Source: Candidatus Multivoradales bacterium
GTDB lineage: Bacteria; Acidobacteriota; Thermoanaerobaculia; Multivoradales; Multivoraceae
Assembly: GCA_965223325.1 (NCBI GenBank)
Contig: CBDCWI010000002.1
Location: forward strand, 3,104,001 to 3,168,000
Reading direction: 5' to 3'
DNA: 64,000 bases
Shown here: in pieces, positions 1 through 9,014 of the stretch
Layout: each line of letters opens with the position of its first letter
How positions within the stretch are numbered: position 1 is the stretch's first letter
Notes under the pieces: generated by a model
What the model was told of the DNA's origin: nothing
Database searches by the model: none
Seen by the model: only the letters and a program-made list of their open reading frames with translations
Made by a program: the position numbers and the translations under genes

Positions 1-1
1 C

Positions 2-1729
2 CGTGACAATGGAGTCGGAGTGATTCCCGAGTTCCCGCGCGACGAAGCGCTGCGACACATGGCCACCAACATCGGCCATTCGCGTAAGCGCTCGCTCACG
101 CCGCGCGAGCGTCTCGAGCTCATGACCCAGGGTCAGTACGGCATCGGCCTGCTCGGCTTCTGGAGCCTGGGGCAGACGCTCGAGGTCGAGAGCTGGCGCA
201 CAAAGCAGGAGCGAGGGCCAGAAGGCGAGGACCAGAAGAAGGAGGTAAATGATCAACAGGGGCGCCCCCATCGCCTCACCCTTCACCGCAACCGGCGCGA
301 CTGGCTCATCGAGCCCCTGCGCCGCCGCAAGGCTCCCGACCTCCCGTCGACCGTGGTCCGCATCGTCGGGATTCACGACGACGCTCTGCGAGTGCTCACT
401 GCCAGACGCGCCTCGGTCTACCTCGGCAGCGAACTCCGCGGCCAGCTGCTGGCGCGGGAAGTCGAATTGTGGGTCCACGACCGCATGGCGCGCGGTAGGG
501 CTCCCCGCCGCCTCGCGGTGGAAGCGAGGCGGTTCACCGGTACGCCCCTCGAGGTAGCGAGCGTTCCGGTGCCGGGCTATCCCGACGTGCAGCTCGACCT
601 GTATCTCGTCGAGAAAGCGAGATCGCAGAGCCCGGTCTCTCTCTACGCTGCCGGCACGCTCGTCGCCGAGAGCTTCGGCGAACTAGCGCCTCTCAGCCTC
701 AACCGCCGACCCTGGACCGACCCGCGCCTGACCGGGGTCGTGGAGTTTCCTGCGCTGTCGGTCGCCGCCGGCAGTCGCCGCGGGGTGCTGCCCGATGCGG
801 CCAGCGCAGCCTTCTGTCGCGCCCTCGAATCCGTCACACCGAGAATCGAGTTCCTGCTCGCCGAGGAGGAGGAGCGCCGCGAAGAAGAGCTCGACCGCTC
901 TCTCGTGCGCAACCTGCAGAAGGCCTTTCGTGGCATCAGTTCGAGCATGGAGCGCTTCGCGCTTCTGCCGGTCGAAGACGGCAGCGAAGGGCCACCGGCG
1001 CCGGGCGGCAGCGAGGCCCAGGAAGAGCAAGCGTCGGCAGACGAATCCGACGAGGCGACGGAGGCAGTCGCAGGCGAGGCGGAGGGGCGAGCGGTGCTCG
1101 AAACGCCGGCCTTCACCACCACCGAGGCACCTCTGTCCGAATCCGCACCGACCGGCGCCCTCCACGAAGTCCGCATCGAGCCCTCCCGCCTTCGACTCCG
1201 CCCGGGGGCGGCCCGCATCGTCCGTGCCCGCGCCTTCGACGCGGACGGGCGGCTGATCGGCGGCCGCGTCGACTACCTGTGGCGCCTGGTCGACCTGCCA
1301 GGCGAGGTGGAGGAGTTGCCGAGCCTCGGTTCCAAAGTCAGGGTGCGTGCACAGGGGTCTCCCACAGCCGGCAGCCTGCGAGTCGTAGCTTGTCAGGGCG
1401 ACCACCGCGCGACCGCCGAGATTCCGGTCGAACTCCTCGAGCCTCGTCCCGAGAGGGCCGAGGGTTCGGAGGGTGTTCCCGAACCCGAGTTGGTCGGCGA
1501 CTCCGGGGCACTCTGGCGCTCCCGCGTGCGAGCGGGGCGCTGGCAGGTCAATTCGGCGCACCCTTCGTGGTCCGAGGTTGCTTCCCAGCCGGCGCTCAAA
1601 CTGCGCTACCTCGCCTTGCTCTACGCCAAAGAAGTCGTCGTCGCGACGCACCGCGATCCTCGACTGGCCGAACCGCTCGAGGAGCTCGTGGACATCTTCG
1701 GCTACGCCGACAGGAACCTGGCGCGCTAG
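2..1729 (+). CDS. GHKL (HSP90/MutL/MORC-like) ATPase domain protein, 5'-truncated by window edge
   Basis: Frame is open from base 2 and reads RDNGVG (DNGxG box), then IGHSRK and GQYGIGLLGFW (GxxGxG box). An acidic linker and a beta-rich Ig-like segment follow. Confidence 0.7.
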   Translation, partial: RDNGVGVIPEFPRDEALRHMATNIGHSRKRSLTPRERLELMTQGQYGIGLLGFWSLGQTLEVESWRTKQERGPEGEDQKKEVNDQQGRPHRLTLHRNRRDWLIEPLRRRKAPDLPSTVVRIVGIHDDALRVLTARRASVYLGSELRGQLLAREVELWVHDRMARGRAPRRLAVEARRFTGTPLEVASVPVPGYPDVQLDLYLVEKARSQSPVSLYAAGTLVAESFGELAPLSLNRRPWTDPRLTGVVEFPALSVAAGSRRGVLPDAASAAFCRALESVTPRIEFLLAEEEERREEELDRSLVRNLQKAFRGISSSMERFALLPVEDGSEGPPAPGGSEAQEEQASADESDEATEAVAGEAEGRAVLETPAFTTTEAPLSESAPTGALHEVRIEPSRLRLRPGAARIVRARAFDADGRLIGGRVDYLWRLVDLPGEVEELPSLGSKVRVRAQGSPTAGSLRVVACQGDHRATAEIPVELLEPRPERAEGSEGVPEPELVGDSGALWRSRVRAGRWQVNSAHPSWSEVASQPALKLRYLALLYAKEVVVATHRDPRLAEPLEELVDIFGYADRNLAR

Positions 1730-2078
1730 ACCGGCCAGCTCCAGCAAAAGCACGTTCCTCGTCAGTCACAGAACCGACTCTTCGCGGGGTTCCCGCCTCC
1801 GAAACACACGTTTCGTACAAACACAGGCGCTGGGGTGGCTCAGTCTCCGATGACTGAATGGCTCGCTTTTCCGTGACTGGCGACAGCCGACCCGGTACAT
1901 GCAACCCCGGGACTCTGAGTCGCGTGTAGGAGAGAGCCTTGCCTCAAGCTCGGAGCGCGACGAAGCCGGCGGCTGCAAAGTCGCCATCGAAGGCGAGGGC
2001 CTCCCTGACTACGCCCTCCGGTGTTTCGCCGATCCGGTGGCTGAGGATCATCGGCCCCGACCCGAGAGGCCCGAAACC

Positions 2079-2125
2079 TTGACAAAGGGCACTGTCGCGC
2101 TAAAATCTGAATCCTAATTCAGATT
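2079..2125 (+). promoter_or_regulatory. sigma70 promoter overlapped by palindromic operator (probable TetR autoregulatory site)
   Basis: TTGACA (2079-2084), 16 bp spacer, TAAAAT (2101-2106). Perfect 9-bp-arm palindrome AATCTGAAT-ccta-ATTCAGATT at 2104-2125, directly upstream of the TetR gene. Confidence 0.8.
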
Positions 2126-2175
2126 CGGTTCCGCAGGAAGAGGTCTCTTCGGCCTCGTATCGGAGGAGTTCGACG

Positions 2176-2907
2176 TTGGCAACCACCAAGACGGACAGCG
2201 CGCCGCACAGGAGTCGTTGGATCTCCGATCTGCACTGGGTGCGCCCCGGTCAGCAGACGCGGAGCCAGAAGACGCAGGAAGCGCTGCTCGACGCTGCCGA
2301 GACGTTGTTCTACGAGAAGGGCGCCGACGCGACTTCCGTGGCCGATGTCGCCGAGCGTGCCGGCTACTCGGTGGGCAGCGTCTATCACCACTTCCGTGAC
2401 AAGAAGGCGCTGCTCTACTCCCTCTACGACCGGATGACGACGCAGTACGAAGCGACCGCTCGCGAGGCGGTCGATCCCGCGCGCTGGGAAGAAGCCTCGA
2501 TCGTCGACATCTTGCGCGGCTACCTCCGCTTCTCACTCACCGCCATGCGCGATCGGCCCGGGTTCAAGCTCGCGGGGCTCGAAGCCTCCCGCCACGATCC
2601 CGCCCTGCTCGTGCACTTCGGGGAGCTCAGGTTGGAGTTCCTCGAGGGCCTGGCGGCGTTGCTGCTCGCCCGGCGTGCGGAGATCGGGCACCCGGATCCC
2701 GAGCGCGCGGTGAGGTTCGCGCTCGATCAGCTCGCTTCGATGATCAAGACCCGGCTGAACCCCCTGTTGATGAGCACGATGCTGGCCGAAGAGCCCGACG
2801 AGCTCTTCGAGTGTGAGGCGCTGCGTTCGGTGTGCGCCTATCTGCAGCTGGCTGGAAGCGAGGGAGGTCACCACCGTCGAATCGATGCACTCGGCCGCAA
2901 AGAATGA
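2176..2907 (+). CDS. TetR/AcrR family transcriptional regulator
   Basis: HTH ATSVADVAERAGYSVGSVYHHFRDKKAL; GGAGGAG RBS before the TTG start. Confidence 0.92.
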   Translation: MATTKTDSAPHRSRWISDLHWVRPGQQTRSQKTQEALLDAAETLFYEKGADATSVADVAERAGYSVGSVYHHFRDKKALLYSLYDRMTTQYEATAREAVDPARWEEASIVDILRGYLRFSLTAMRDRPGFKLAGLEASRHDPALLVHFGELRLEFLEGLAALLLARRAEIGHPDPERAVRFALDQLASMIKTRLNPLLMSTMLAEEPDELFECEALRSVCAYLQLAGSEGGHHRRIDALGRKE

Positions 2908-2919
2908 GGAGAGCAATCC

Positions 2920-3732
2920 ATGAAGGACTTCAACGACAAGGTCGTCGTCATCACCGGAGGTGCCACCGGAATCGGCTTTTCCTTCGCCAAGCGCTTCGGC
3001 GAGGAGGGAGCCCGAGTGCTCGTCGCGGGCCTGCGGCCGGATCGGGTCGAGCACGCCGAGGCGGAGCTCAAAGAGCTCGGCGTCGATGCGGCCGGTACCC
3101 TCTGCGACGTGAGCGACCGCTCCCAAGTCGAAGCGCTGGCCGATCACGCGTGGGAGACGTACGGCGGGGTCGACGTGATCGTCAACAACGCCGGCATCGG
3201 TGGGATGCGCTCTTCGGTCATCGACGCGGAGCGCGAAATGATCGACGCGGTGCTCGCCGTCAATCTCTTCGGGGTGTGGAACGGAGTGTCCGTGTTCGGC
3301 AAGCGCTTCATCGAACGGGGAACGCCGGCCGCCATCTACAACGTCGGCTCGGAGAACTCGTTCTTCAATGCCGTTCCCCACAACTCGCCGTACGTCGCGA
3401 GCAAGCACGGCGTCTTCGTGCTCACCGAAGCGCTACGCGAGGAGGTCCCCGACTTCATCGAAGTCGGGCTCATCGCTCCCGGCTTCGTGCAGTCCGAGAT
3501 CTCGGAGCACATGTCGGCGGGCATGGACACCGACAGGTACACCCACATCGCCATGGAACAGATCAAGGCGGGGGAGTTCTACATCGTCTCGCACGCCTAC
3601 AACAGCGTGCGCATCGACGAGCGCTACGACGAGATCTCACGGTCCTATGCCAGGTACGCGCCGCGCTACGAAGGCGACGACGAATTCGACGTCCGCTCCC
3701 TGCTGGCCAGGCTGCAGGCACAGCGGGGCTGA
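2920..3732 (+). CDS. short-chain dehydrogenase/reductase (SDR)
   Basis: TGGATGIG, NNAG and YVASK motifs. Confidence 0.93.
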   Translation: MKDFNDKVVVITGGATGIGFSFAKRFGEEGARVLVAGLRPDRVEHAEAELKELGVDAAGTLCDVSDRSQVEALADHAWETYGGVDVIVNNAGIGGMRSSVIDAEREMIDAVLAVNLFGVWNGVSVFGKRFIERGTPAAIYNVGSENSFFNAVPHNSPYVASKHGVFVLTEALREEVPDFIEVGLIAPGFVQSEISEHMSAGMDTDRYTHIAMEQIKAGEFYIVSHAYNSVRIDERYDEISRSYARYAPRYEGDDEFDVRSLLARLQAQRG

Positions 3733-3841
3733 CCCCTGGCGCCAGATTGGCGCGATCGGCCAGTGAGGTGGCGCCTTGTGCTGGCGACGCTGGGCGTGAC
3801 AACGAGACGTAATCCAACCGAAGCAACGTAGGAGACATCCA

Positions 3842-4753
3842 ATGGCACACTGGACTTTCGACGATATTCCCGATCAGGCCGGACGTACGGTCATCGTGAC
3901 CGGCGCCAACAGCGGGATCGGCTTCGAGGCCGCACGGGCTCTCGTGCGCAAGGGCGCCTCGGTGACCCTGGCCTGCCGCAACCCCGAGAAGGGCCGCGCC
4001 GCGGTCGACCGCATTCTCGAGGAGGCCGCGAACGGCGATGCCTCGCTCGAGCTGCTCGACCTCTCCGACCTCGAGAACGTCAGCTCCTTCGCGGAGCGCT
4101 TCCGTCAGCAGCACCAGAGACTCGATCTCCTCATCCTCAACGCCGGGGTCATGGTGCCACCGGAAAGCCAGACCAGGCAGGGGTTCGAGCTCCAGTTCGG
4201 CGTGAACCACCTGGGACACTTCGCGCTCACCGGCCGGCTGCTGCCGCTGCTCACGGCCACTCCCGAGAGCCGGGTCGTAGTGGTGTCGAGCACGGCGGCT
4301 TCGATGGGGAAGATGGACTTCGAAGACCTCCACTTCACCGAGCGGGGCTACAAGCCCTGGCCCGCCTACGGGCAGAGCAAGCTGGCGAACCAACTGTTCG
4401 CGCTCGAGCTGCAGAGGCGTCTCGAAGCGACGGGAGCGCCGACGCTCGTCACCGCTGCCCATCCCGGCTGGACCGTGACCGATCTCCAGCGGACTTCCGG
4501 GATGGCCAGCTTTCTCAATCCCTTCTTCGGGATGAAGCCGGAGCAGGGCGCATTGCCGACGCTGCGCGCCGCGACCGATCCCACCAGCCGCGGTGGGACG
4601 TACTACGGGCCGCACGGTCTCATGCAGATGCGCGGCTATCCGGTCGTGGTCGAGATGGTGAAGCAGGCGCAGAGCCCCGCCGATGCGGCGCGTCTGTGGG
4701 AGATCAGCGAGGAGCTCACCGGAGTGAGTTACGACCGGGCGTTGGCCGCCTGA
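3842..4753 (+). CDS. SDR oxidoreductase (retinol-DH/protochlorophyllide reductase-like)
   Basis: TGANSGIG, LNAGVM, FGVNHLGHF and YGQSK motifs. Confidence 0.93.
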   Translation: MAHWTFDDIPDQAGRTVIVTGANSGIGFEAARALVRKGASVTLACRNPEKGRAAVDRILEEAANGDASLELLDLSDLENVSSFAERFRQQHQRLDLLILNAGVMVPPESQTRQGFELQFGVNHLGHFALTGRLLPLLTATPESRVVVVSSTAASMGKMDFEDLHFTERGYKPWPAYGQSKLANQLFALELQRRLEATGAPTLVTAAHPGWTVTDLQRTSGMASFLNPFFGMKPEQGALPTLRAATDPTSRGGTYYGPHGLMQMRGYPVVVEMVKQAQSPADAARLWEISEELTGVSYDRALAA

Positions 4754-4959
4754 GTCACGGCGCATCGCGGCCTGGGCTGGGAGGGTCTGCAGCTTCGCGA
4801 GGTGCCATGCCGCGACTATCAGCGTGCGGGAAGCAGCGTGTACCGGGGAGTTCGGGCAGCGCGAAACGGCCTCGGCTGCTTGTAAGGAACCCGCGAGTCT
4901 CTGCGTCCTAGAAGACGGCGGTTCCTACCTCGGTGACGCGGGCTGCTCAGCAGTCAGGG

Positions 4960-5100
4960 TTCGCAGACGGTTTGCGTCTCATCGTCTCCGACTACGAGAG
5001 AGGCGAACTCAGGTTCAATGGTGAGCTCATCATCGAGCTCACCAGCATCTTCGGAGTCTCACCGGACGAAATCCTCGGACTTCAAAAGACAAAGAGACTC
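4960..5100 (+). pseudogene. C-terminal remnant of XRE-family HTH regulator
   Basis: IVSDYERGELRFNGELIIELTSIFGVSPDEILG resembles the second half of an XRE HTH. The N-terminal helices are absent and the frame runs into an Rhs fragment. Confidence 0.55.
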
Positions 5101-5101
5101 G

Positions 5102-5155
5102 CGCTCGGGTCCTCGATGCGGTTGGTCAGCTCGTCGATGGCGTAGGTCGTAGGTA
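5102..5155 (-). repeat. 54-bp direct copy of Rhs core 7737-7790
   Basis: cgctcg(g/a)gtcctcgatgcggttggtcagctcgtcgatggcgtaggtcgtaggta, 1 mismatch. Confidence 0.9.
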
Positions 5156-5270
5156 TGCGATCGGAATTCCTTTCTGCCGGCCGAGGGCGTTGAGGGCTGC
5201 CCGAACTGCCGGGTACACGAATCTCGCCACGGATCTCACTAGGCATAGCAAGCCATCTCTAACTGCGAGC

Positions 5271-5758
5271 CTACGCTTCGCCGTCGTCCGGAACTGGTAT
5301 CGGCCAGTCGAGCACCTCCCCCGGTCGCTCTCCCTCAAGCCACCAACCCAAGCCGCAGCAGGTCCCACACATCACCTTCGACGTCGCCGCGAGAGGGAGC
5401 ATTCCGGCACCCTTGCAGACCGAACATACGATGCCCACGTCTGGGCGTTTGGGGACGAGCTTCAAAAAAAGGGAACCCGAGCACTCGCACGCCGAAGATA
5501 CCCGAACAGCAGCGCACCCCGGACACTGTCGGCTCGCGTCTGGCCACTGGCGACCGGTACTTCCAGCATCGCGCCCTCCGGCGTCAGAATGCAGAGCCCG
5601 GCGAAGTCTCGATAAACAACGACGGAACCGTGATACTCGGCCAGGACACGCCCCTCGTCAGAGCCTGGGGAGTATCTTTGCAGGTCCCTCGCAGCTTGAC
5701 CACGAAAGGCTTCTCTGACAGCCACGAGTGAGACTCTTTCGGTGTCTGCAACGCTCAC
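5271..5758 (-). pseudogene. putative immunity protein paralog (Zn-finger type), frameshifted in T7 tract at 5464-5470
   Basis: ORFs 5462-5758 and 5271-5465 together align with 5939-6418 (GSVVV..D..GLCIL.P.G.MLE; LVP.RP...VC..CKG.G..CGTC..LGWWL.GE.PG). Confidence 0.8.
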
Positions 5759-5808
5759 TTCGGAACATACCTGAACAAGAGTCGTCCATGTTGATAGGCC
5801 CAGGTCTC
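5755..5808 (-). pseudogene. extreme C-terminus of a second Rhs toxin tip
   Basis: ETWAYQHGRLLFRYVPK* versus EVWIYQYGRLLFRYTPR* at the end of the Rhs ORF; GTGA overlap with the downstream immunity paralog. Confidence 0.8.
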
Positions 5809-5932
5809 GAAGAGGTGAAAGAAGCCGGTCAGGACTGGGCGGCCGCCCTCAACCAGTTCGCCATTCGCCATGGTGACAGGATCCAATTCTGAAACATGGG
5901 CCGCCGACTTACACAGCTCACTTGGCAGGCCC
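5801..5932 (+). mobile_element. IS256-family right-end remnant
   Basis: Degenerate QVSKR*KKPVR/DWAAALNQFAIRHGDRIQF* resembles IS256 transposase C-termini and is followed by an IS256-like terminal repeat, TTACACAGCTCACTTGGCAGGCCC (5909-5932). Confidence 0.7.
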
Positions 5933-5938
5933 ACCCAA

Positions 5939-6418
5939 TCACTCTTCACCAGCAAAGAACTCAATCACAGCGCCCGGTTGCTCGCCAGGCAACCACCATC
6001 CCAAGTGGTAGCAGGTTCCACACCCGATAGTGTGAGGACCTTCGGGCGGAGGAAAGGGAAGAAGACCTGAGCCTTTGCATGTCACGCAAACAACTGCCTC
6101 AGGTGGCCGTTCCGGCACTAACTCGGCAAAGAAGGTGGCGCGGGTGCCGGCGTAGCGAAGACTACCGAGCATCTCCGACCCCGTTACCCTTCTGACGGAT
6201 CGAGTTGCGTAGTCGATCTCCAACATCGACCCATCTGGGACCAGAATGCAGAGACCAGAGTCATCGAATAGAACGACCACTGATCCTGGGTGTTCAACTC
6301 TCAGAATCTGGCCGGCTTCCGAGTTCGGTGGGAAGCGAACGAGATCATTCACTCGCTGGGTTTCGAACGTATCGGAAACGCCCTTTAGTGAGACACGATC
6401 CCACCGGGAGCCACTCAT
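5939..6418 (-). CDS. putative cognate immunity protein with C-terminal CxxCxGxG...CxxC zinc finger
   Basis: ATGA overlap with the Rhs stop; CVTCKGSG and CGTCYHLGW motifs. Confidence 0.75.
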   Translation of the reverse strand: MSGSRWDRVSLKGVSDTFETQRVNDLVRFPPNSEAGQILRVEHPGSVVVLFDDSGLCILVPDGSMLEIDYATRSVRRVTGSEMLGSLRYAGTRATFFAELVPERPPEAVVCVTCKGSGLLPFPPPEGPHTIGCGTCYHLGWWLPGEQPGAVIEFFAGEE

Positions 6419-8400
6419 CTGGGTGTGTACCTGAATAGCAGTCGACCATACTGGTAGATCCATACTTCTCCGGTCGTGCTGATATAGGTATACACGCCCC
6501 GCCCGTTGCCGATTAGCATGTGTGAGCCTGGCACCCAGTCCTTCAGGATTCTCAATTGGTGTCCATTCCTCGCCAATACGCCAGAGACTACCTCGGCGGA
6601 CCCGAAGAAGCTGCTAGGCCCTACCGCCAAGAGTTCGCTGTAGATCGCCGTAGCACTCGGATTGCTGGACAACAGGATCGTCGGAGCGGCACCGAACCCC
6701 GTTGCCGATGCTGCTCCGACAAAACCCAGCCCGGCCAAAGAGGCGTAGGCAACTCGCAGCTCGAGCTGCCTCATACCGGGTGCGATCTCGCTGACACTCT
6801 GAAGCATCATCGTGTTGGCATCACCCCCACCACCAAGCCCTGCCCGAACATGAACACCGATTGCGGCTCGAAAACCCAGTCCACTCGGCAGGTCGTTCAG
6901 TCCTCCACGTCCTCCGGCAAGCCACTGCCCGAAGAGTGTGAACTCGGAATGTCCTGAACTACACGGCGCGCCAAACGCGTCCTCGCAGACGGTGGTCTCG
7001 AACTCGAATGGTTCTTCCTTCGTCCCACTCTCCATGAGACCGAAAGGATCGGTGAAGGTCATTGGGTTCCCGGATACGTACGGATACCTGTTCCAGCTTC
7101 GAGGCTCGGCGAGTCTTCCCTGTACCGGATCAGCCGACAAAAACCGACCCAGCAACGGCGAGTGATATCTGGCATGCATGTAGTCAAGATCATCCAGGGC
7201 ATCCCCCTCAACACCCAGATCCCTCTCATGCCCGGTAAACCGAAGCGTAGCCCGCACCGAATCACCATTCGGCCCCTGCGACTCGGGGGCCGGAACTGCC
7301 TGTTCACCATACGGCCAGAACAGATAATCCGTCGCCAGCTGCCCGTTCGAAGCCTGCCACACACTCCTCGGTGAACCCAGGTGGTCGTTGAAGTAGAAGT
7401 ACCGCTCACCATTCGGCTCGTGGTTGGCGATCTGTTGGCCGCCGGCAAACACGATGTCGCGGTCGACGTAGAGCGTACCCGTCGAATCGGTGTGGTACTT
7501 CCGCAGAACCAACCCATCGAGACCACGAAGCGTCCACTCCTCCAGCCCCGCGTCATCGATCACCAGGATCCGCTCGTCGTCGGCTGTATAGACGTAGGAA
7601 TGCGTCTGCTGGGAGCTCGTCATCGACTCCATCTGGCCCAGACGCGTCCACTCGTACTCGATGTCGTCAGCACCGGCACCGGGCCGCATCGTCATGTTGC
7701 CTTCGATGTCGTACCGAAAACGGTCGGTACCTGAACCGCTCGAGTCCTCGATGCGGTTGGTCAGCTCGTCGATGGCGTAGGTCGTAGGTACGAAACCCAG
7801 AGTCTGGTCCCAGCGCTCGAATTCATATAGGTTCCCGAACGGGTCGTACGAGTACCTCTTGCGAAGCGTCGAGCTCAGGTCGGCGGTGATCAATCGGCTG
7901 GCCGCGTCGTAGGCATACGTGGCGCTACCTACCTGCGTCACGTTGCCGGACGGGTCGTAGCCCAGGGCGTGGGTCGTGGTGCCGTCGTTGAAGCTCGAAG
8001 GGCGCGCCATGTCATCGGGGTCCTTGCCGAGAACGTAGTCGGGAACTGCCGGGTACTCGAGCTTTGAAAGCATACCGTTCGAGTGGTACTCGGCTTCTAA
8101 TACGTAGGTCGACTGGCCCGGAAGGTCACCGGGAGCACCGATCGATTCGATGCGACCCAGGTCGTAGAGGTACTCCACGCTCCGCTGGGCGTCGAGGCAG
8201 GTCGTACTCGACGTGCTGCTCACCTCGCAGGGGTAATCCAGAATCGAGGCTCCTCCCAGGTCGTGGTACGCGAACGACTGGAGAAAGACACGGCTCGACG
8301 TGCCATCGGAAACGGTCGTGTAGCGCTCGGACACTCGACCACCACGGCCGCCGTAGTCGTAGTCCTCGGTCACCTGGAAGGTGCCGGCTGGCAGCAGCAC
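6415..8400 (-). CDS. Rhs/YD-repeat protein, N-terminally truncated (orphan module) with ~206-aa C-terminal toxin region
   Basis: YD repeats, DHLGSPR, RFTGHERD, YMHARYHSPLLGRFLSADP, WNRYPYVSGNP and the DPFGL autocleavage motif (7036-7050). Recognisable Rhs sequence stops at about 8400 and there is no convincing start. Confidence 0.9.
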   Translation of the reverse strand: MLLPAGTFQVTEDYDYGGRGGRVSERYTTVSDGTSSRVFLQSFAYHDLGGASILDYPCEVSSTSSTTCLDAQRSVEYLYDLGRIESIGAPGDLPGQSTYVLEAEYHSNGMLSKLEYPAVPDYVLGKDPDDMARPSSFNDGTTTHALGYDPSGNVTQVGSATYAYDAASRLITADLSSTLRKRYSYDPFGNLYEFERWDQTLGFVPTTYAIDELTNRIEDSSGSGTDRFRYDIEGNMTMRPGAGADDIEYEWTRLGQMESMTSSQQTHSYVYTADDERILVIDDAGLEEWTLRGLDGLVLRKYHTDSTGTLYVDRDIVFAGGQQIANHEPNGERYFYFNDHLGSPRSVWQASNGQLATDYLFWPYGEQAVPAPESQGPNGDSVRATLRFTGHERDLGVEGDALDDLDYMHARYHSPLLGRFLSADPVQGRLAEPRSWNRYPYVSGNPMTFTDPFGLMESGTKEEPFEFETTVCEDAFGAPCSSGHSEFTLFGQWLAGGRGGLNDLPSGLGFRAAIGVHVRAGLGGGGDANTMMLQSVSEIAPGMRQLELRVAYASLAGLGFVGAASATGFGAAPTILLSSNPSATAIYSELLAVGPSSFFGSAEVVSGVLARNGHQLRILKDWVPGSHMLIGNGRGVYTYISTTGEVWIYQYGRLLFRYTPR

Positions 8401-8535
8401 GTGAGATGCGCGACCTATGGACGGATCGCTACCGCCTCGCATCGGCAAGACTTCGAAAGGGCATGAGGGCATACGTCGCCGTTGACTCCGACGTCGGTCG
8501 CAGCTGACCGAACTGCCCGGCACGCGCATCTCACG
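8400..8535. repeat. 13-bp inverted repeats flanking a ~110-bp foreign segment at the Rhs truncation point
   Basis: cgtgagatgcgcg (8400-8412) and cgcgcatctcacg (8523-8535). Confidence 0.65.
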
Positions 8536-9004
8536 ATTTACCCGGCACACGTTGAGAGCCGACTACTTCCCTGGCGGCTGCAACGGCCTGGCTCTCGAAT
8601 AGCTCGCTTTCCCAGGGCCGATCTCGATGCTCGCTGGCCGCGTATATGAGAGGCTGGAACTCAGCTGGGGGTGGGGCACCGAGTGCTTCGGTCAGCGTCC
8701 AGATCTCCTCGGCGCCGACCAATGGTTGAATCGCTCCTTCCAGTATCTGTTCGCACACTCGTAGTGCCGCTACGTCGACCGCCTCACGGCGAGACATCTT
8801 GTCAAGGCCCCACTCTCTCAGCACCTCCAAGAAGAGCGTGCGAGCCTCGGCGCCACTCTCAGGGCCCAACCCCGCAAGCCTTCGGATCACTTTCGTGTCG
8901 ATGCCACCTTGGAGAAGCCGAACGCCCTCCAATGGGAGGCACGAGTCGGAAACTAAACCAAGTACGAAGCGGGCGGCAAGGCCACGCTGATCGATCGATT
9001 CCAC
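8531..9004 (-). CDS. putative immunity protein for upstream toxin tip
   Basis: 157-aa alpha-helical ORF starting 10 bp after the toxin-tip stop; G.D...RRLAGL and ILEG...P..GA.EIW pattern. Confidence 0.6.
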   Translation of the reverse strand: MESIDQRGLAARFVLGLVSDSCLPLEGVRLLQGGIDTKVIRRLAGLGPESGAEARTLFLEVLREWGLDKMSRREAVDVAALRVCEQILEGAIQPLVGAEEIWTLTEALGAPPPAEFQPLIYAASEHRDRPWESELFESQAVAAAREVVGSQRVPGKS

Positions 9005-9014
9005 CTATCCGCCC

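Noticed and set aside
1730-2070. Riboswitch or small gene in the gap before tetR
   Set aside because: Only short hairpins are present, with no recognisable aptamer consensus or coding signature.
5755-5964. 69-aa ORF as a real gene
   Set aside because: It is a chimera of the antisense IS256 remnant and the last ~17 codons of a toxin tip.
8400-8550. Annotated N-terminus (MCRVNREM...) of the 711-aa Rhs ORF
   Set aside because: It has no Rhs character, overlaps the upstream gene and runs through the inverted-repeat-bounded foreign segment, so it is probably fortuitous read-through.
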